From an uncultured Chloroflexia bacterium (GTDB lineage Bacteria; Chloroflexota; Limnocylindria; Limnocylindrales; CSP1-4), in NCBI GenBank assembly GCA_963819655.1, contig CAWFXA010000001.1, positions 32,001-96,000 of the forward strand: 64,000 bases of DNA, in the 5' to 3' direction. Within the stretch, counting starts at the first letter, position 1. Each line of letters opens with the position of its first letter. The notes beneath the pieces were generated by a model. It was not told the origin of the DNA. It saw nothing but the letters and a program-made list of their open reading frames with translations, and did not search any database. Both the position numbers and the translations under genes were made by a program. This document shows positions 58,073-64,000 of the stretch, piece after piece.

Positions 58073-58866
58073 CGTCTGGCTCCTCCTCCTATGACTGCCG
58101 TGGCCTCGACCGCGGCCGACCGGATGGGCCGGTCGACCTCGCGTTCGACGTAGTAGCGCGAGCGATCGCCGCGAACGAACGTCCGGCCGAACTCGACCGG
58201 GGTCCCATCCGCCGCGAACGCGGTTCCTTCGATGAGCAGGGCCGCCGCCCCCGACCGCTGGTCGAGGAGGCGGGCCTCTCGAGCCCGGAGGAGGACGGGC
58301 TCGAGGGCCTCACGGGCGCGAACGACCTGGGTCGCGTAGCGCGTGAAGAGCGATTCGTACAGGGAGCCGTGCTCGAGATCGCTGGCGAGCAGGCCCGGAA
58401 AACGCTCTGCCGGCAGGTGGACCTGCTCGAGCAGATAGGGCTCGCCACTGGCCAGGCGCAGCCGTTCGAGATACAGCGTCGGCGAGCCGGGCTCCAGGTC
58501 GAGGGCAGCGGCGACGGCCACCGTCGCGGACTCGGGTCGGGCAGAGATCAGGCGTGTCTCGGGATCCAGGCCGCGCTGGCGCATCTCTTCGGAGAAGCTC
58601 GCCCGACCGGCGATGTCCCGATCGAGCCGCGGGTGCAGGACGAATGTGCCGCGCCCCCGGGTCCGCTGGATCCGCCCCTCGCGGACCAGCTCATCGAGCG
58701 CGCGACGGATCGTGATCAGACTGCAGCCGTAATGTGCCGCAAGATCGCGTTCCGTGGGTAGCTGCTCGGCGGGCTGCCATCGCCCGGCATCCAGCGAATC
58801 GCGCAGGTCGATATAGACCTGATGGTGCAGCGGGACCGGGCCGAGCTCGAGACGGAAACGGGCCAA
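58069..58866 (-). CDS. GntR/HutC family regulator (UTRA)
   Basis: PLHHQV, LPTERDL, TIRRAL..L..EG, GRGTFV, UTRA C-terminus; TTG after GGAGGAG. Confidence 0.92.
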   Translation of the reverse strand: MARFRLELGPVPLHHQVYIDLRDSLDAGRWQPAEQLPTERDLAAHYGCSLITIRRALDELVREGRIQRTRGRGTFVLHPRLDRDIAGRASFSEEMRQRGLDPETRLISARPESATVAVAAALDLEPGSPTLYLERLRLASGEPYLLEQVHLPAERFPGLLASDLEHGSLYESLFTRYATQVVRAREALEPVLLRAREARLLDQRSGAAALLIEGTAFAADGTPVEFGRTFVRGDRSRYYVEREVDRPIRSAAVEATAVIGGGARR

Positions 58867-58926
58867 CCGAAGCGCTCCTCCTGTGGATCGATGGCCGGTG
58901 TCTGGTCTTGCGCGAGCGTCGAATAC

Positions 58927-58953
58927 TGATAACGTTATAAGCAATCGTGTCAA
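58927..58953. promoter_or_regulatory. Putative GntR operator in divergent promoter
   Basis: Palindrome ATAACGTTAT at 58929-58938; TTGACA on the minus strand at 58948-58953. Confidence 0.65.
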
Positions 58954-58967
58954 GACCCGGAGGTGGG

Positions 58968-60236
58968 ATGGGCTCCAGGATCACGGTCGTTGGTGCGGGC
59001 AGCACGTACACGCCCGAACTCGTGGAGGGCTTCGCCCGCCGCACGGACCGCCTGCCCATCGACGAGCTGGTCCTGCTCGACATCGACCCTGAGCGGCTCG
59101 AGGTGGTCGGCGGCCTTGCCCGCCGGATGCTCGATCGGCTGGGCTGGTCGGGGCGACTGACCCTCACCGGGGACCGCGACGCGGCCATCGACGGAGCCGA
59201 CTTCGTCCTGCTCCAGCTGCGAGTGGGCGGCCAGGCGGCTCGACTCGTCGACGAGACCCTGCCCCTGCGTTTCGGTGTCATCGGCCAGGAGACGACCGGG
59301 GCCGGCGGCTTCGCCAAGGCGCTCCGGACCGTCCCACGCGTCCTCGACCTCGCCGAGCTGACCGCCCGCCGCGCCGCGAAGGACGCCTGGATCATCGACT
59401 TCACGAACCCCGTCGGCATCGTGACGCAGGCGCTCATCGACGATGGGCATCGGGCGCTCGGCCTGTGCAATGTCGCGATCACGCTCCAGCGGCGGCTGGC
59501 CGCCCGATTCGGCGTCTCCCCTGATCGTGTGGAACTGGAGCACGTCGGGCTCAACCACCTCAGCTGGGAGCGCGCGGTGCGCGTCGACGGCGAGGACCGC
59601 CTCCCGGACCTGCTCGACGAGGACGCGGCCGAGCTGGCCGAGGAGCTCCGGTTGCCCCAGGACATGCTCCGATGGATCGGCGCCATCCCGTCCTACTACC
59701 TCCGCTACTACTACCTGACCCGGACCGTGCTGGCCGAACAGCAGAACGGGCATACGCGTGCCCAGGACGTGATGGACATCGAGGCGCGGCTGCTGGAGAT
59801 GTACCGCGACCCGACGCTCACCGAGAAGCCCGAGCTGCTCGACCATCGCGGTGGCGCCTTTTACAGCGAGGCGGCCGCGCAGCTGATCGCATCGCTCCAT
59901 GACGGCGCCGGCGACGTCCAGGTCGTCGACGTCCGCAACGATGGCGCGATCCCCGACCTGCCCGCGAACGCGGTCGTGGAGATCCCCGCGAGGATCGATC
60001 GCGACGGCGCGCACCCGCTGCCCCTCGGACCGCTCGCACCAGAGCAGCGCGGGCTGGTGCAGGCCGTCAAGGCCTATGAGGAACTGACGATCGAGGCCGC
60101 CCGGACGGGCGATCGACGGGTCGCGCTCAAGGCCCTCGCGACCAACCCGCTGGTCGGCGGCGAGGTCGCCGCGCCGCTGCTGGACGCGCTCCTCGAGGCG
60201 GACCGGCACCACCTGGATCGCTTCGCGCCGGCCTGA
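58968..60236 (+). CDS. GH4 6-phospho-beta-glucosidase-like glycosidase
   Basis: VVGAGSTYTPEL, RVGG, GQETTGAGG, FTNP, GLCN, GLNHL, RGGAFYS. Confidence 0.93.
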   Translation: MGSRITVVGAGSTYTPELVEGFARRTDRLPIDELVLLDIDPERLEVVGGLARRMLDRLGWSGRLTLTGDRDAAIDGADFVLLQLRVGGQAARLVDETLPLRFGVIGQETTGAGGFAKALRTVPRVLDLAELTARRAAKDAWIIDFTNPVGIVTQALIDDGHRALGLCNVAITLQRRLAARFGVSPDRVELEHVGLNHLSWERAVRVDGEDRLPDLLDEDAAELAEELRLPQDMLRWIGAIPSYYLRYYYLTRTVLAEQQNGHTRAQDVMDIEARLLEMYRDPTLTEKPELLDHRGGAFYSEAAAQLIASLHDGAGDVQVVDVRNDGAIPDLPANAVVEIPARIDRDGAHPLPLGPLAPEQRGLVQAVKAYEELTIEAARTGDRRVALKALATNPLVGGEVAAPLLDALLEADRHHLDRFAPA

Positions 60237-60348
60237 CCGATAGCCGTTCGTCACGAACGGGAGGACCCCGTCGTCCCCGGGTTTGGGCATCTTGCGCCAT
60301 CCTTGACGCCGACAACGACCCGTCCACCGTTCGGAGAAATGCGTTTCC

Positions 60349-63145
60349 GTGAGCTATCGATCCCAGGCATATCCGGTCCGGCGTGCCGCGCCGCCGAGCC
60401 GATCCACGGCCGGCTGGCTGGCCATCATCGTGTTCGCGTTCCTGGCCGGCATCGGCATCATCGGCGCGTTCGCGGTCGTCAGCGTGTACGCGGCGATGTC
60501 GACCGGACTGCCGCCAGTCTCCGGGCTGACCGACCTCCGCCTGCCCCAGGAGACCGTCCTCTACGACCGCACCGGCGAGACTGAGCTCGCGCGGTTCGGC
60601 GAGTTCAAGCGGGAGGTCGTCCCGTTCGAGGAGATCCCGCCGATCCTTCTCGACGCGACGACCGCAGTCGAGGACAAGTCGTTCTGGGAGAACGCCGGCT
60701 TCGACCCCGTCGCGATCGTGGCCGCCGGCATCGACTCGTTCCGCGGCAACAGCCGCGGCGCATCGACGATCACCCAGCAGCTCGTGCGCGCTCGACTCCT
60801 CGAACCCGAGCTCGTCCAGGATCCGGAGCGCACCGTCGAGCGCAAGCTCAAGGAGATCGTCCAGTCGATCCGGCTCACGCAGGCGTACTCCGGTGAGGAG
60901 GGCAAGCGCGAGATCATCGCCGCCTACCTCAACCTGAACTACTACGGCAACCAGAGCTACGGGGTGAAGGCCGCGGCCAAGTCGTATTTCGGCAAGGCGC
61001 TCGCGGATCTCACGCCGGGTGAGGCGGCGCTGCTGGCGGCTCTCCCGCAGTCGCCGTCGAACTACGACCTCGTGCGCAATGCCGTCAGGACATGCGATGT
61101 CGAGCTGGACGACGAGATGGGGCATGCTAAGCCGGCTAGCAACGAGCACCTGATCCTCGAGCCGGACGCGAAGATCGCCCAGCGGCGCGATACCGTGCTC
61201 GACCTGATGGCCGACGGCCGCACGCCGATGTCGGATGGTGCCGTCACCGATGCGCAGCTCGAGGCCGAAAAGGGCGAGCCGGTCGAGCTCGCCCGGCAGA
61301 CGACGCCGACCTGGACAGCGCCGCATTTCGTGTGGGCCGTCCAGGACGAACTGGCACGCAAGATCTGCGGCCCTGACACGCCGACCTGCGACCAGCTCGA
61401 GGAGGGCGGCTTCCGCGTCACCACGACCCTCGACGCCAAGCTGCAGAAGATGGCCGAGAACTGGGTCCGGGTCGCAGTGGTCGCGCCGCACCACGGGGAG
61501 CCAGCGAGGTTCGCGAAGGCGCTCGGCTTCGACGAGTACCAGCCCTGGATGAAGAACCTCGAGAGCAAGGACGTCCGCAACGGCGCGCTCGTCGCGATGG
61601 ACTATCAGACCGGCGAGATCATCGCCCATGTGGGCTCAGCGGGCTACTACTCGGGATCGAACAACCCCAAGTTCCAGCCCCAGTTCGACGTCGTGACACA
61701 GGGCTACCGCCAGCCGGGCTCGGCGTTCAAGCCGTTCAACTACGCCGTCGGGATCGACGACCAGACCTTCACCGCGGGTGACATGCTGATGGACGTCGCG
61801 ACCGATTTCGGCGGCGGCTATACCCCGTCGGACGCCGACAACCGCGAGCGCGGGCCGGTCCGCGTGCGGACGGCCCTCCAGTTCTCGCTGAACATCCCGT
61901 CGGTCAAGGCCATGGCCCTGAACTCGCCCGACCACGTCTTCGCGCGGGCGAAGGATTTCGGGATGACGTTCCAGAGGGAGACGACCGACGCCGGCCTCGC
62001 GCTCGCCCTGGGCGTCGCCGAAACCCGGCCGATCGACCTCGTGAGCGCATACGGAACGCTGGCGAACGGAGGGGCTCGCGTCGAGCGGACCTCGATCATC
62101 AAGATCGTTGGCGCAGACGGGAAGGATGTCGCCCTGCCCGAGCCCGAGCCGCCGGTGCAGGTGGTCAGCCCGCAGGCCGCGTACATCGTCACCGACATCC
62201 TCAACGGCAACACGTTGCCCCGCGTCAATCCGTTCTGGGGCAAGTTCCTGGTCCGCGGCCCGGACGGCGAGCGTCGACCGGCCACGCTCAAGACCGGCAC
62301 CAACAACGACGCCAAGGACCTCAACGCCTACGGCTACATCGCCCCGCCCACCGAGGAGGGCCGGGCCGCCGGAGCGTACGCGCTCGCGGTCGGTGTGTGG
62401 AACGGCAACAGCGACAACACGCCGGTCTCGACGCCGGCGCGCCCGGTCTTCTCGATCGACGTGTCGACCTACGTCTGGCAGGGGTTCCTGCAGCAAGCGA
62501 GCGCCGAGTGGGAGATCACGCGGTTCGCCCGCCCGTCCGAGGGCCTCATCCAGGTCGCCATCGACCCGTTCACAGGGATGCTCCCGGCCAGCGGGACGGA
62601 AGGCGTCAACGAGTGGTTCATCGTGGACACCGCTCCCACGTCGAGCCTGGCCAAGGACGTCTGCGGGATCGCCGCGATCGAGAGCGTCGGTCACGAGCAC
62701 AAGTTCCAGCACTGGCTGCAGGCCGACCGGGACTGGATGCGCCGGGCTCAGCGTGGGCCGGGGACGGTCGGTGGCCCGGACAGGACCCGGACCACGTACT
62801 TCTACGACAACCGCTTCAACCCCTATGGCAGGACGTGGGGACCGTTCGTGGTGGGCCGCGGGTGTGGCGCCTCGCCCAGTCCGTCGCCGAGCTGCGTCCC
62901 GCTGCCGACACCCGACGAGGGCGGCGTCATCCCCTCCTTCGAGATCCCGTCGCCGTCCGGCTCGGAGGTCGCGGCACTCCCGTGCCCGCCACCCTCGGTC
63001 GAGCAAGCCGAGCGAGGAACCGACGCCGACCCCGGACGTGACACCCGAACCCACCCCGACACCGGAGCCGACACCCGAGCCGACGCCGGAGCCGACCCCG
63101 GAACCACCGCCCGAAGTGAGCCCGGCACCGGCCGCCCCCTCCTGA
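60349..63145 (+). CDS. Class A penicillin-binding protein (transglycosylase/transpeptidase; one extra base near 63005)
   Basis: VEDKSF, GASTITQQL, RKLKE, YLN; SAFK, SLN, KTGT; PTPE tail in the next frame, stop at 63143-63145. Confidence 0.92.
63018..63112 (+). repeat. Degenerate 12-bp tandem repeat encoding (PTPE)n tail of the PBP
   Basis: CCGACACCGGAG/CCGACACCCGAG/CCGACGCCGGAG/CCGACCCCGGAA units. Confidence 0.75.
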
Positions 63146-63187
63146 GGTCGTCATGCGACCGTCATGCGGCCGCGACACGATGATGAC

Positions 63188-64000
63188 GTGACCGATCGAC
63201 CGCTCCCGCGCTCCGTCACCGGCCTCGCCGGCCTGGCCGGCATCGCGGCGGCTGCCCTCGGTATCGGCGTCGCGGAGGCGATCGGAGGCGTGCTGCGCGG
63301 GCGCGACGTCCCTTGTCGACGCGATCGGCCAGGTCGTGATCGACCTGCAGCCGCCGGGCGCCCTGGAGTTCGTCGTCCAGCTGTTCGGGACGAACGACAA
63401 GCTGGCGCTCCAGATCGTCGTACTGATCGCGGCGCTGGCTCTGGGCGGGCTGTTCGGCGTCCTCGCCGCGCGTCGCTTCGCGGTCGGGGCCATCGGCTTC
63501 GGGGCGTTCGGCGTGCTCGGCTTCGTCGCCGGCGTGGCGCAGCCGCTCGCGAGCACCCCTATCGTCGCCGTCCAGGCCGCGGCCGCGACCGGCATCGCGA
63601 TCCAGACGCTCTCCTGGCTCCTGGGCCGGCTCCAGGCGCCCGCCGGTGAGCCGGCCATCCCGGATCCGGCTCGCCGCTCGTTCCTGCTGCGGACCAGCGC
63701 CGCAGGCATCGGTGCGCTCGCCTTGGGCGCGTTCGGGCGGGCGGCCGTCGAATCCGGCCGCACCGCGCCGACACCCCTGGTCCCGCTGCCGCGGCCGTCG
63801 GAGACCGTGCCACCGCTGGCGGCCGGGTCCGACCTCGCCCCCTCGACACCGGGCCTCACGCCGCTCGTGATCCCCAACGATGAGTTCTACCGCATCGACA
63901 CTGCGCTGCTGGTCCCGTCTCTCGACGCGGCGACGTGGCGGCTGCGCATCCACGGCCTGGTGGAACGTGAGACGACCCTGAGCTGGGACCAGCTCATCGC
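63188..64000 (+). CDS. Polytopic membrane molybdopterin oxidoreductase (sulfite oxidase family), 3' truncated; one extra base near 63298
   Basis: After the shift VIDLQP....F..QLFGTNDK, several TMs, internal RRSFL, PNDEFYRIDTAL..P.....WRLRIHG.V. Confidence 0.85.

Noticed and set aside
63018-63112. Tandem repeat as CRISPR or non-coding array
   Set aside because: 12-bp coding repeat for PTPE with wobble variation; no spacers and no cas genes
1-64000. Integron cassette array, prophage, IS element or anti-phage defence system
   Set aside because: No integrase, transposase, RT, nuclease or phage gene recognised; no repeated attC-like elements; genes lie in mixed orientation with their own promoters

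Overview
High-GC bacterial chromosomal DNA, densely coding. Gene content and style (Pro/Thr-rich tails, F420-type nitroreductases, many leaderless genes) suggest a soil or sediment Chloroflexota or actinobacteria-like organism; this is inference only. I see no rRNA, tRNA, CRISPR array, integrase or transposase. Four main parts: (i) a patchwork of small regulator plus detox/redox modules (MerR, ECF41, AraC/GlxA, TetR, HxlR, LuxR-AAA, ArsR) with readable operators and several gene stumps; (ii) a complete hexitol (mannitol-type) PTS operon; (iii) a multicopper oxidase-FtsH-molybdoenzyme cluster and a GGDEF/EAL-copper protein operon; (iv) an ABC/kinase/deacetylase/GH4 amino-sugar cluster, a class A PBP and a truncated Sec/Tat molybdoprotein. 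Seven frameshifts in six otherwise intact genes all correspond to one extra base and are probably sequencing errors. The best candidate for an undescribed system is a Cys-rich MerR regulator that shares a 19-bp-spacer operator with a DUF2652 (nucleotidyl-cyclase-like)-SRPBCC operon at 1.2-3.6 kb. All family assignments come from motif recognition, not from database searches.
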